From: Schizochytrium sp. TIO01
Lineage: Eukaryota; Protista; Bigyra: Labyrinthulomycetes
Direction of reading: 5' to 3'
Length of the DNA: 64,000 bases
Assembly (NCBI GenBank): GCA_004764695.1
Contig: SMSO01000031.1
Span: 410,436-474,435 of the forward strand
Shown here: positions 10,153-21,087 of the stretch, piece by piece
Position numbering within the stretch: the stretch's first letter is position 1
Layout of the letters: each line of letters opens with the position of its first letter
The notes under the pieces: model-generated
What the model was told of the DNA's origin: nothing
The model's input: the letters and a program-made list of their open reading frames with translations, nothing else
The model's database searches: none
Made by a program: the position numbers and the translations under genes

Positions 10153-13100
10153 CAAGGGTTCCTAAGCCCTCGAGGTATAGAAGTTTCAAGGAATTGCACC
10201 TACTCACTGCACTACAGGTCTATCATGAGAGATGCCTTTGATTTGCTTCTTTCTTCAAGACATGCGCAACGCAAAAGATTGACGGAACTAGTTCATTAGG
10301 TACTGAGTGTGGTCCTGAAGGCGCCCACTCCACTCAGCCAAACCTGCCTCCATCGCGTGGAATGCTGGGACGGATACGACATACCGTTTGTCTGTTGCCA
10401 ATGGAATTGCCGCGACAGCTCAACATATGAAGGAAGTACGTGGGTTTGCTCAACCAAATCGCAGGAGCACCAGCGTCTCTTGAGCCTTTGAAAGCCTCTT
10501 TGGTCATTGTCATTTGCCCAACCTTCAAGAAACATATTTAGAAGGTTAATTTTTATTAAATCTTATTTTAGTTTTAAAATAAAATAGAAAAAGGAAAACA
10601 AGCTCAGGCACTCAGTAGCTATACTAAGCATGTTGTAGTCGATTATATAGGTACTACCAACTGCTATGTGACGCAGTACATCTGTCCCAGGAAGAGCAGC
10701 CCTCCCACCAACCACTGAGATTTTCTTCCTGCGCATGATAATCCTTCGTTAGGTGTTGAAAGGGCAGCTTTTAAAAGGCGCACGCCAGAGGAGCCGACTC
10801 GGAAAAAGAGCTACAACGTCCCCAGTGTGTGAAGAGAAAGCACACTGAGAACTTCCAGGCATTCTCCCGTGTAATTTAAATAAACTACCACAGTTACCTC
10901 TAGACACCACTGGGCATTTATGTGACGAGTTAAAAACTTGATGCCTCTTGGTGCAGTTGGGTAAACTTATAAATCCCCCCGCAGTCCTCTCTCATACATC
11001 CCTCAGACGTTAGGAAGAGGCTGCTGCTCAGTGTGCTGGGGGCAGTAGCCGAAAGTGAAATTGGGGCTACAGAAATCTGTGTGGTATAGAACAATTTATA
11101 GCATAGTTTTTGACGGGGAAAAGAATTTGAAAACCCCTTTTTCTTCATCCAACATTATTCTAGTTAGACCTACACTATTATGTTTTCACCTTTCTAACAT
11201 TTTACTACTATTTCTTCTTCTTCTTCTTCCTTTTTTAATTAAAGTAAAATTGTACCCTGTGTGCTGTATATAGTAAAACAACGCAAGGCAATACTAAATC
11301 CGAGATAGAGGTCAACGAGTTAGCTCAATGCTCTGAAAGTGAAGCAATTTGGATGGGTGCTATAGGTGAAGCCAAGTAAAAGGGGTGTTTTTAGTAGGAG
11401 TAGCAGGCTTCTGACTAGCCGAAGTGAGACTAGGATTGTTCATCAGCTTCTAATTTTATTTTATTTTTTCGAAAATAAATAAAGATTTGACCATGCATAC
11501 TGGCATTTTAACAGAGAAGCAAACAGAAACGAGATCGTGATCTCGTTGCTACAGCCCATTGATCCATATCAAACAAAGCTGCACCAGGAAAAAATTGAGA
11601 TATAACATTGCTTCTGGCACCCGCACATAGTGCCAATTTATTGCCTTTAGAATATTATAATTTATGGGACAGCGAACAGCGACAACAGACAAGCAATACG
11701 GCTTGCGGGCATAGTTCTTATTCTCTAGACTCGAGCTATTTGCAATCAAGTTCTACTATGTAGTGCCATGTGATGATGAGAGATAATGTGTGGCGAAGCA
11801 TGCTCATTGAGGATCTATAAATGAAAACCCACACGGTCCATGACGTTAGTTTGTGCTTCTTGAGCTAATTAAATGAGACTTCATAGTTGATTGAATCTTG
11901 TGCCTAGCAAAAGTCGGTGTTATTGAGCATCTTCATGGCATTGCGGAAGAAATCAACATGCGAAACAACAAAAGGAGAGAAGACAAGAGGGAAGATTTGT
12001 TAAATAGATTGCGTTCTTTTTCCTTATCATGTTGTATTTGAATCAATCTGAAAACTATCGATTTCCAGCCAAGCTTATATTCTCAACCATTTTTGGCTTG
12101 GAGACTAAGATCATTCGCAAAATTAAAGTAGGTAGGCAAGTATGAAGCCTTGAAGTCTTTCTCAGATCACCATATCTATATATTTCATTCAAATTCATTT
12201 TGCTCCTATTTTTCATACAGTTTTAGCACCATACATCTAACCTATATCTCCAAAGATATGTATGATAAACTTTGAAGTAAATCTATGCTATAATTGCTGC
12301 TTAAGTGTGATGACTGAGTGATTTGCGAAATCGAGCAATATTTCATTCAAATCTTCGCAAAAAGAAGTGCCAGATGCTTCAATTGCATTCAATACTCTGT
12401 AAGATTAACCCTGCACCTTGTGCCTGCGCATAAACGTACAGTCCCTTTCTTTCAATAGATTTAGATATATGGATTCGCGCATGAGGCTCTTATTACAAAG
12501 AATTCCATCTACAATGCCGAAAGCTTAACATAATGGACAGCCTGCACTTAATTCTTCAAGGATGGAGAGATATGCAACTGCGGCCCACCCACCTCTTTAA
12601 AGTAGTAATTATTGAGTAACCCTTGAGTTTGGGTTTTTCGTGACAATATGGTGACTAGACGTGACGCATTGAAACCTCATCAGCAGCTCTTCTGAGGATG
12701 GTCGGTGGTAATGGGTACACAATTTCCCCACTGAGGATATGATCGCTTTTCGTCATTAAAACTGGAGTTTTGACTGGAGTTTTAGCCCCAAGATAGATAA
12801 ATTATCGATAGAAACTCTATGATAAATTATTGATAGAAGCCACATGCACGAAGAGTGTGCCTCAGGGATTTCGGGAACGGTCCCAGAATTAAGAGGAACT
12901 CGAAGTATCAGGTAGAAAGGTATATAGGTATTATGCGGGGTAACTACTAAGTCTAAGGTACAATCACCTTACCTGTACTACTAGTAGGTATTGTTGGCAA
13001 GTGGCGATAAATGAGAAATACTACCTTAGGTAAATAGGTAGGTGGGTAGTAGATACCTAGGTTGTCAATAGTCTGAAGTCTGAAGGACTGGAAACGAGGT

Positions 13101-13265
13101 CGAAGTACTCCAATAAGCTTTGGAAGGGCGTGGACAAGTGTCGAAGGAGGCATTGGTTGGCCTTTGTAGACGCTCATAACCCTGTCGAAAGTCTTCACGT
13201 GTGAGAGCAATAGACAAACAGAAAAGGAATTCGGCGGGCAATCCCACGAAACAAGCCAACACAAA

Positions 13266-14420
13266 ATGAGCGGGTCTGCAACCTCCACCACTAACACGAG
13301 CCTCATGACTCCTGCTGTGGTGCGCTCAAAGGTGCGGCAGCTGGCTACATTTTTGGACGCCGATGAAGCAAAAAAGGCCAACAGTGCAGGTAATTTGCAG
13401 GGTACAAGCAACACCAATGTGGTCAGTCAGAAGGATTATGAGACATTTCGCCAAATGATTGGCAACGCGTCAGAGCAAGTCGAGCAACAGAGCAACAAGG
13501 TTGCGCTGGGTTGGAAATCAATGCGAAACGATGAAGAGCGCCACGGGCTTTTGCAAGCACTTATGCAGCAAGCAGAGCTTGTGTTTACGTGCACCTTTCT
13601 CATGACCACAAGCCAGGGTCTTTGCTGTGCTGCTGCACGCGATGAGATCACCTATGCTGCAAAACAGATTAGCGCCTCTATTGATGTAATGATGGAACTT
13701 TTGGAGAGGTCTGATGCTATTGACAAACAAGCATTTATGCCAGAGATAGCTCAGAAATGCGGTGCTGTCTGGGAAGCCTGCAAAGGTGTTCGCCTTGTGG
13801 CAAAGTCGAACCGTGCTGCTACGAAACGCAAGCTGATGCGCTCTATCCGTACGATCAAAGACACGCACGACGAGTTTGAGGATATGGTAAAGAATGCCCG
13901 AGAAAGGGGCTCTAGCGCTACAAACAATGATGACGATGACGACGATGTCAATACTGGAAACTCTGCAAACATTTCTGGTGGCGAACCCGAAATCGGTAGT
14001 GATGAGTGGTATGCCATGATGGACGAACTTGGCGAAGAGGAGTCCATGGACGAAACTGATTGTGAACGGGTTGAAAATGGTCTCGAGGTTGTGCGTACCA
14101 CTGGTAGAGTTCTTCAGAATGCCGCCAAGACTGTTGGTTCTGTTGAACCCTGGAGAGGTGACAATGAGAAGATTTCCTATGTGTCTTGGCTTGATCAGAT
14201 TGCAATTGCTGCTTCTCAAATTGAGAAGGCTATCACACAGCTAGGCGTCAACATGTACCCCCCGCTTGATGAAGATGTCATCATAAATACTACACAAAAC
14301 GTTCGCGCAGCCTCTAAAGGATTGATTGATGCTATTAACTCTGCATCCGTACCACTGGCAGAACCCGACACGAAGGCCTTAGATGATCTGCAGGCAACTT
14401 TGTCATCAATGAAAATTTAG
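13266..14420 (+). CDS. CCNDBP1: Cyclin-D1-binding protein 1 / GCIP family protein (384 aa)
   Basis: All-helical protein with GCIP hallmarks: CGAVWEAC...SNRAA....L......IKD..DEFE, a central acidic tract, and a C-terminal LD.I.....I...I..LG...YPP.D motif. Single exon. Confidence 0.75.
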   Translation: MSGSATSTTNTSLMTPAVVRSKVRQLATFLDADEAKKANSAGNLQGTSNTNVVSQKDYETFRQMIGNASEQVEQQSNKVALGWKSMRNDEERHGLLQALMQQAELVFTCTFLMTTSQGLCCAAARDEITYAAKQISASIDVMMELLERSDAIDKQAFMPEIAQKCGAVWEACKGVRLVAKSNRAATKRKLMRSIRTIKDTHDEFEDMVKNARERGSSATNNDDDDDDVNTGNSANISGGEPEIGSDEWYAMMDELGEEESMDETDCERVENGLEVVRTTGRVLQNAAKTVGSVEPWRGDNEKISYVSWLDQIAIAASQIEKAITQLGVNMYPPLDEDVIINTTQNVRAASKGLIDAINSASVPLAEPDTKALDDLQATLSSMKI

Positions 14421-15019
14421 TTTAGATGTTAAGCAAAAATTGCTTTTTTTTTTGGTTCTTTTTTTTTAGGATTGCACCCTGGAGCAAAGTTGATTGTCAT
14501 GTATTTGCCCCCAAAGGTTTCTATTTATGGATTTAATTATACTCTATCTTTGGATCTATCTTTTGTTCTTTTGCGGGTCCTCAGTATTCTTTTTGAAAAA
14601 AATCTGACTACACATGACCATCTAACACGTGGTTGTGCTCTATTTGAACCCCATCTTGTGCCTTTCATTCGCCTTAAAAGCTCAAATTCGTTCCAAAATC
14701 TCTAGTAATGACCCACGGGATCTTACACTTTCAATCTGTTGTGAAGAAGAATTAAATGTCAACAGTGGTAAGAACAAACGCGACTTTTAGAAGCTGCGTT
14801 TCTCTTTGTAGTGCAGCCAACGCAACAAAGGGAATACTTCACTTATATTAAGCTTGGAAATGTTTTTGATAACTTTGTAAATTAGGAGATCAGGGTCGAA
14901 AAAATATTCTAGCAAGACGGATATTAACATATTTCTTGCTACAATTGTTTTATGTTTCAGAACCTTTAAATTAGAATATTTATTCTGGGTAAGTATTATG
15001 TCGTTTTTTCCTTTTTCTA

Positions 15020-16468
15020 TTACTTGTGCCGTTTTCTTGTGTGGTTTCGATTTGGAAACAAACAACTTGATGCACTTAGCGTGTCAGGAAGATTTGCAAC
15101 TGCAATGCGATCTTGTTGGACACTACCGAAAGGCTTAGCTCTCAGAGCCGAAGATGAAGTATTAGTAGAACCGTTGCTTGAAGACCGAATCATCGCATGT
15201 GCTCCTGAGACTCGTGGTGTCGGGGATCTTACTCTAACTTGGGCTGCTTGAACCCCGACTTCTTGAACACCATAGCATCCAGCACTGTCTTCAAGACGCG
15301 AATCTTTGATAGCTACTTTGCGTTGTAGCGAAATGGTCATCGCAGCGTCACTCATGTCTACGGGTATCATCTTTGTGGATTGTTTTGCCATTAAGTGGAG
15401 TGGATGTTTCGCGGAACTCTGATCTTGCTTTTCCTCAGCATGCGAATACCTAGAACTAGATATTCTGGCAGACCCACTTGTGTAAGGCCTTGTTTGTGTT
15501 GAATCACTGAAAATTGAGTTCAAAATGCCTTGTTGGCTTTGCTCATCGGATAGAACCGGTGTATGACTGAAACCCTTGTCTCCAGCATTTTGAATGACAG
15601 TATCATTTGGTGGGAACGGAGCGGGTGCTCGCCTTCGGGATGCTGGAGCTGTTGAACAGCGGATCATCTCACCATCAAGGCCCCGATATGTAGGCTGCAA
15701 TGGGTTGGTGGGCGGCCGCTTTGTAATGAGACCGCGACATAACGAGTCGGCTCCGGAGCCCTCTACGGGTGCCTTTGTGCGCACAGGGCAATCCATCTGC
15801 GCTCGCAAAAGGGACCCAGCTTGCGCCCCTGGAATATCTGTTGTACGAAGCCCACGTCCCGGTGTAGGTCGAAGATCATTTGCTGAAGTATGTGGACGCG
15901 TTCTAGGACTGTCTTGAATTTTCAAATTGTTAACAAAGTACACAGGTCGCAGTGGGTCCGATACACGATTCGTGCGTTTACGTTTGCTTACAATATCTTG
16001 CACATCAAGAGAGTATCTCAGAATTTCTCGCTGTTTTTGGCTCTTTTCGAAAAGGAATGAGGTTTCTTGTGTCGCACCAGGAATATCAGAGATATCAAGC
16101 TGATCACATACATTTTGACGAGCCTTGTGTGTCTTTGGTCGAGCACCAGGCAAGTCACTCACGTCTAAGGTATCGCGCAAAAACTTTGGTTCTTCGAGAG
16201 GTGCGAGCTTTGCTTGCGGTAGCTTGTATTCTGGATTTAGGGGGTCCACTACACGTTGCGTGCGAAATACTTTTGTGCGGGGTTTTGCATCGGAGACTCC
16301 TGCAGTGCTTAAGCTCTCTGGCCTGTTAATCATTTTCGCATGCAGCTTCTTGGGTTGTGCTCCTTCAATATCTGATGTTGTGAAAAGGTCAGGCTTTTCC
16401 CAACGCGTCCATCTCAGAGCTGGTGCTGCGCCTTCGATGTCAGAGACATCGTTTGTCTCACGGGGCAT
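15020..16468 (-). CDS. Uncharacterised repeat protein with DIxGAxP and (D/N)PLxPxY motifs (482 aa)
   Basis: Repeats SDIEGAAP, SDIEGAQP, SDLPGARP, SDIPGATQ and TDIPGAQA alternate with VDPLNPEY, SDPLRPVY and TNPLQPTY. The C-terminal half is low-complexity and S-rich. Confidence 0.8.
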   Translation of the reverse strand: MPRETNDVSDIEGAAPALRWTRWEKPDLFTTSDIEGAQPKKLHAKMINRPESLSTAGVSDAKPRTKVFRTQRVVDPLNPEYKLPQAKLAPLEEPKFLRDTLDVSDLPGARPKTHKARQNVCDQLDISDIPGATQETSFLFEKSQKQREILRYSLDVQDIVSKRKRTNRVSDPLRPVYFVNNLKIQDSPRTRPHTSANDLRPTPGRGLRTTDIPGAQAGSLLRAQMDCPVRTKAPVEGSGADSLCRGLITKRPPTNPLQPTYRGLDGEMIRCSTAPASRRRAPAPFPPNDTVIQNAGDKGFSHTPVLSDEQSQQGILNSIFSDSTQTRPYTSGSARISSSRYSHAEEKQDQSSAKHPLHLMAKQSTKMIPVDMSDAAMTISLQRKVAIKDSRLEDSAGCYGVQEVGVQAAQVRVRSPTPRVSGAHAMIRSSSNGSTNTSSSALRAKPFGSVQQDRIAVANLPDTLSASSCLFPNRNHTRKRHK

Positions 16469-16685
16469 CGTCTCACGAGAAAAAACCTGCCGCGTCTCAC
16501 GAAAGTTAGGTAGCAGCAGAATGCACCTGAGCAGGCAGGCTCGGTGAATGGAAACGTGCGAGCTGCTTCTGATTCAATCGCAAGCGTGAGTATGTAAGAC
16601 CACTCCGCGCGAGTCTCTGGGTTCTGTAATTCTCAAGATCCATATATTAAACGATGGTAAAAAGAAAAGAACAATCTTATTTCTT

Positions 16686-16703
16686 TATATATATATATAT
16701 ATA
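16686..16703. repeat. (TA)n microsatellite
   Basis: Directly visible. Confidence 0.85.
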
Positions 16704-19430
16704 GACATTTATATTTATTTATTACTTCAAAAGTAAGATATGATATATTTAGAGAGAAAATTATGATATTATCGCAGGTATGTTTCCGCTATTCTACTAG
16801 CCTGGTAGGACTTGGAATTGTTTTCCTGTTTCTGAAATAATTTATCATGATATTGCATACTTGTATCGTTCAATGTAGCTCTCGTGCTAGACCTCCTATT
16901 ACTTTCTCCACTTTCTTGTGAATATTAAAAATATTTACATACCTAGTACTAGAAGATAGTTAAACAGGTATCTAGCACCCCTCCTAGAGCTCTTATAATA
17001 AAAGAACTATCTAAAACTGATAAGAGGGGGGAAAAAAAAGAAAAAAAGAGCACACCTCCAGCAGTCGTTAGGAATGTGGCTCAAACTCCTCTTTCCGCGC
17101 CGCTTTCAAAATTTCTTAGAAGGTGTACCAGATTTCTAGCACGTGCAACTCGCAGAAGAGATGATGGGTACCTAGATGGTAGTGAACTTGAATACAGAAA
17201 TTGAAACATGTTGCAGTAAGTTATTGGCATCAATGACTCATTCACAGTGACAGCTGTACAGTCGAAGCAAGTGAAAGTATGTGGTTGCATGTTTTAGACT
17301 GATTCACTAAGTAGCTCGTCCAGCACTCTTTTTGTTAGCCGGTTATTAGATAAGCATGCGTAGTTATGCACCTAGTAGAACTGAGGACAACCCAAACATG
17401 CATAAAGAGGGGATTCGACTAAATTGTAGAGCTACTTAAAGCTAGTCCTGTTGGTCTTAAAAGCGTATTTAGCGGGAAACTAGACGAGAAGAAAGGACTC
17501 TTGGTACTATTAGAGGTTCAAGTTCAGCTTGGTTTTAAATAGTCTTTTTACTATTCTATGTTTCAAGGAATACTTGGAATAGAACATATAAATAGAATCA
17601 CCAAGGTTCTAAAGTTTTAGAAAATGCATTAAGAATTTGTAGTTACCGCTCTCTTCATTTCATAGAAGCTGCGTCTCAAAGGTATCAGCCAATATATATT
17701 CAGAACTTCTTGGGCTCAACCCTGATCAATTGGCAAAATATATCTCGTAGCGCTAAGGTTTCGAAACATTATAACTTTCATACACGTCCAGTGTTCTAAA
17801 AAGTTCCAAGAGGAAAGAATTAAGATTCCCAAACGAACACCTAGGTCTCATGGTGTATATTTTTTGAAGCTTTAGCAAATGCCAGGATGAAGTTTAAATT
17901 TCGATTTACAGGCTAAACTTTCAAACATTAAAATATAAGTTGATGCGGTAGAACATTCATTGTTTCCCCGTGTAATGGTAGAAGCTCTCCTGGGCAGAAT
18001 TATGATAGCAAAGGGGCTAGTACATAAATCAGAAAGACATTTACCTACGACAAACTACGGCTAAAAATTCGCCGGAGGTTCAATGTGTCAGAATTGAAAA
18101 TGCCAATTTCGACTGCAACATAGTGAACCTAGATTCAGAATGCTACTGACAATATACTTAGCACTCCTCTTCCCCCAGTCAAGTGCACGCTGAGATATTT
18201 ATTCGATAATTTCTTTCGAATATATATACATATCCTAGCTTTTGCGATCTGCAGCTGCGGCTGCTGAGATAAAATCATTTGCATCGTTGCTGAAGGGTGC
18301 TCAGAAAACGGGATGTAGGAGCACTTCCAACAGTCGCAACTAATTGAATGCGAGTCGAATGGACTGCGTATGAACAGTCACTATCAAAGATGCTTGTAGA
18401 GTTTTGACGAAGCAAACTAGTTCACATTGAAGTATTGGAATCCCTTCCAAAGCTGCGTTACCACGTCTGCATGTATCTCAAGTCGTATTATCACTTACCG
18501 CAAAATGAACATTTTCGCTACCCAAGGACCGAGGTAGCTCAACCTTGCTTCTGCTCATCCAAAAGGTCCAGATGGCCTGACTTCGATGCATAAGCTTGGA
18601 AGTCGACTCACCCCTTCCGCGCTACGGCGCGCTGCATAATAAATTATAGCGCAGCCCTAAGTCTTATTAGGGCTATCTCATATAGCAGGTGCCTTACTTT
18701 TTTCTAGAGTCTACTTCCAGGACAGAGCCCACACGTATCATGGGGTTTCGAGACACAATTATTATGAGCGGAGTTATCAAAATAGGGTTGCTTTGTAATG
18801 TAATATCCTTGGAGTCTGCCTTCAAATCGCCACTTCACGATGAAGATGTCGAGTCTGAAGTACATGGCATGTTACAAGATAACAACAGCTAAGTTCTACA
18901 ACACCCCCCCCCTCCCCCAAACATATAAATGTCAATATTCTGCCTTGCTGTAGTGGAGGTATGATGAGCACTTCTGAGCGACCGTTGGTCTCGGCTTTTT
19001 TTTCTTTAATTCATAAGGCACCATAGAGGAAAAAGGTTCTTTTACCTGACACTTAACTTCGTCCGGTAAGGCACACTAAAGCTAGGGAAGAAGAACTAGG
19101 TCGCCATAGAAAGGCTCTGCCTTTCGCCAGTAGCCTCGCAGCCCTGCACTGGTCTCCACTTTGCATGAGCTCAATCATCGATTGGTTGAATGGATGCTTT
19201 CGGCAGAGCTCCCAATGAAAGACCGGCCGCGAGACAGCTTCAGGTTGAAAGACCTGATTGGAACTTCGCCAGGGTTGCTACTTCTTTCACCTCTGCTACC
19301 ACCTAGTTACCCAATGCTACACCAGGACCAGAAGACACATTTTGAAAGACCCGGATCAGTGCACGCTCCATCGTTCGTTGTCTGTTTGCTATGGCGATGA
19401 TTATGATGATTGTGTGAAAGAACTGGAAAA

Positions 19431-19456
19431 CACACACTCTCACACACACACACACA

Positions 19457-19490
<34 letters not shown>
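19431..19490. repeat. Compound (CA)n(CT)n microsatellite
   Basis: Directly visible. Confidence 0.95.
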
Positions 19491-19824
19491 GCGTATAACA
19501 ATCTGCTGCCGCACGCATGCTTTAGAAAGGTCACGAAGAAGGGGCGAGCGCAAGCACTTCAAGCCACGAGAAGAGAACCAGGAGCGCCATGGTTGAACTT
19601 TGAACTCGAGTCGCAAATAGAAGAGTTTCGCCTCGCAAGGATGGATGTTGCCCACCGCCTTTCCACGCATTGCAGCAGCAGCAGCAGCGTGTCCCATCTG
19701 CCCTCCCAAGGCGTCTGCTTTCTTGCTCTTGGATGAGATGAGGCCAAGTTCAACGATGGAGAATTCAAAGCGGAGAAGACTCACTCGGATTCGCTCGCCA
19801 TCGACTGAGCTAGCAGACGAAGGC

Positions 19825-19861
19825 ACGCATGCATGCATGCATGCACATGTGCGTGCGTGCG
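19825..19861. repeat. (GCAT)n/(GCGT)n self-complementary microsatellite
   Basis: acgcatgcatgcatgcatgcacatgtgcgtgcgtgcg. Confidence 0.8.
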
Positions 19862-20136
19862 ATCCGCTGTGCTGCCCAAGCAGACCAGGGAGGACCCTCC
19901 TGGTGCTCAAACTTGCTTGGTGACGCAGCGAGGAATGCCTTTCCTGTTGTTTCGCAAACTATCATATATATGTCTTTCTTATCCCATCTTTCCTTTCCTT
20001 CACGTATGCGATTCTTGGAGGCCCGGGAAGGCTCTAGCCGGTGCCTAGCGAGCCTTAGGAGCCAGCGTTGGGAGGCGCTTGTAGCGGAATCGCTAGCAGG
20101 TCTTAGCCGTCTGTTGTTTTGTTTGTTTGTTTTTTC

Positions 20137-20273
20137 CAAACAGAAACAGAAAAGAGAGAAAAGAAAGAGAGAAGAAAGAAAGAAAGAAAGAAAGAAAGGA
20201 TAAATAAACTAAAGCCAGTAAGTAAGTAAGTAAGTAAGTGAGTAAGTAACTTACTTAAGTAAGTAAGTAAGTA
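20137..20273. repeat. (GAAA)n tract followed by a (GTAA)n tract with an internal inversion
   Basis: Directly visible; gtaagtaacttacttaagtaagt contains an inverted segment. Confidence 0.9.
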
Positions 20274-20563
20274 GTCAATCAACACCTCGTCTCCCCAAAC
20301 GTCTGCCGAGGCAAGCAAGGCGCCCGCCACTCTGCCTCGCAGGGTTCATAAAGGAAGAAGTCCTTGCAGGCCTGTGGAGGCTGTCTTCTCCTCAGGACGC
20401 CTTGCGGGCTTGGGCGGCACCGCCTCCGGCCTCTCTCTCCCTGGGCGGCGAGCGACGAGAGCGCTCTTCGCAGAGACCAGAACGGAAGCGAGGCCATCTC
20501 CGATTCACCGATTCACTCTGAAAAGGCCCAAAAGAACGCTTTCGCTGTAAGTAACTTTGAAAG

Positions 20564-20610
20564 TTGTTTGTTTGTTTGTTTGTTTGTTTGTTTGTTTGTT
20601 TGTTTGTTTG
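20564..20610. repeat. (TTTG)n microsatellite
   Basis: About 11 copies directly visible. Confidence 0.95.
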
Positions 20611-21087
20611 AAAGACTCGAAAACCAAAGCAGAAAGAGAGAGAAAGGGAAACGAAAGGGACCGAGTTCAAATTGAGAGAGCGCCCGTTCTGTGGCTCATC
20701 TCTGTTGAGACGGCATCCGTAAAGCATACTGCCCGTGTAGGACCAATTCCTCTCCTCACGCACGCACAAAGAGCGCGATTGCCTTGTGGGCTTTAGCGAG
20801 AGCAACGCGGGTTGTCCTGCGCACGAAAAGACTTCCTTCCTTCCTCTTTGTGGGCTCTCTTGCTTTTCCTCTTCGCTCGTTTTGGACCAATCCACCAACG
20901 GCGGTTCCTGATTCGTGCTGTCAGACAGTCAGGCAGCAGCAGGGCAGCAGGGCAGGCAAGGCGGGTATCAGCAGCCTCCTCGCTTGCCTGCCGTTGTGCA
21001 AAAGTCGTTTGTGTTGAGCAGGCCAAACACACGAGTAAGCAGCACAACAATATACCTAGCACAGTTTCAAGATCCAGGCGCCAGCCC

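Noticed and set aside
13436-14244. Antisense ORFs up to 233 aa over the GCIP gene, and similar shadow ORFs across the giant gene
   Set aside because: Shadow frames of real coding sequence with no recognisable motifs.
19161-20898. Many short ORFs upstream of the giant gene
   Set aside because: They run through microsatellites (ERERER, CLFVCLFV, TNKQ) and show no protein-like signal.
20812-21087. N-terminal extension of the 1,294-aa ORF from a TTG start
   Set aside because: Non-ATG start in a eukaryote; the signal peptide follows the ATGs at 21088/21154.
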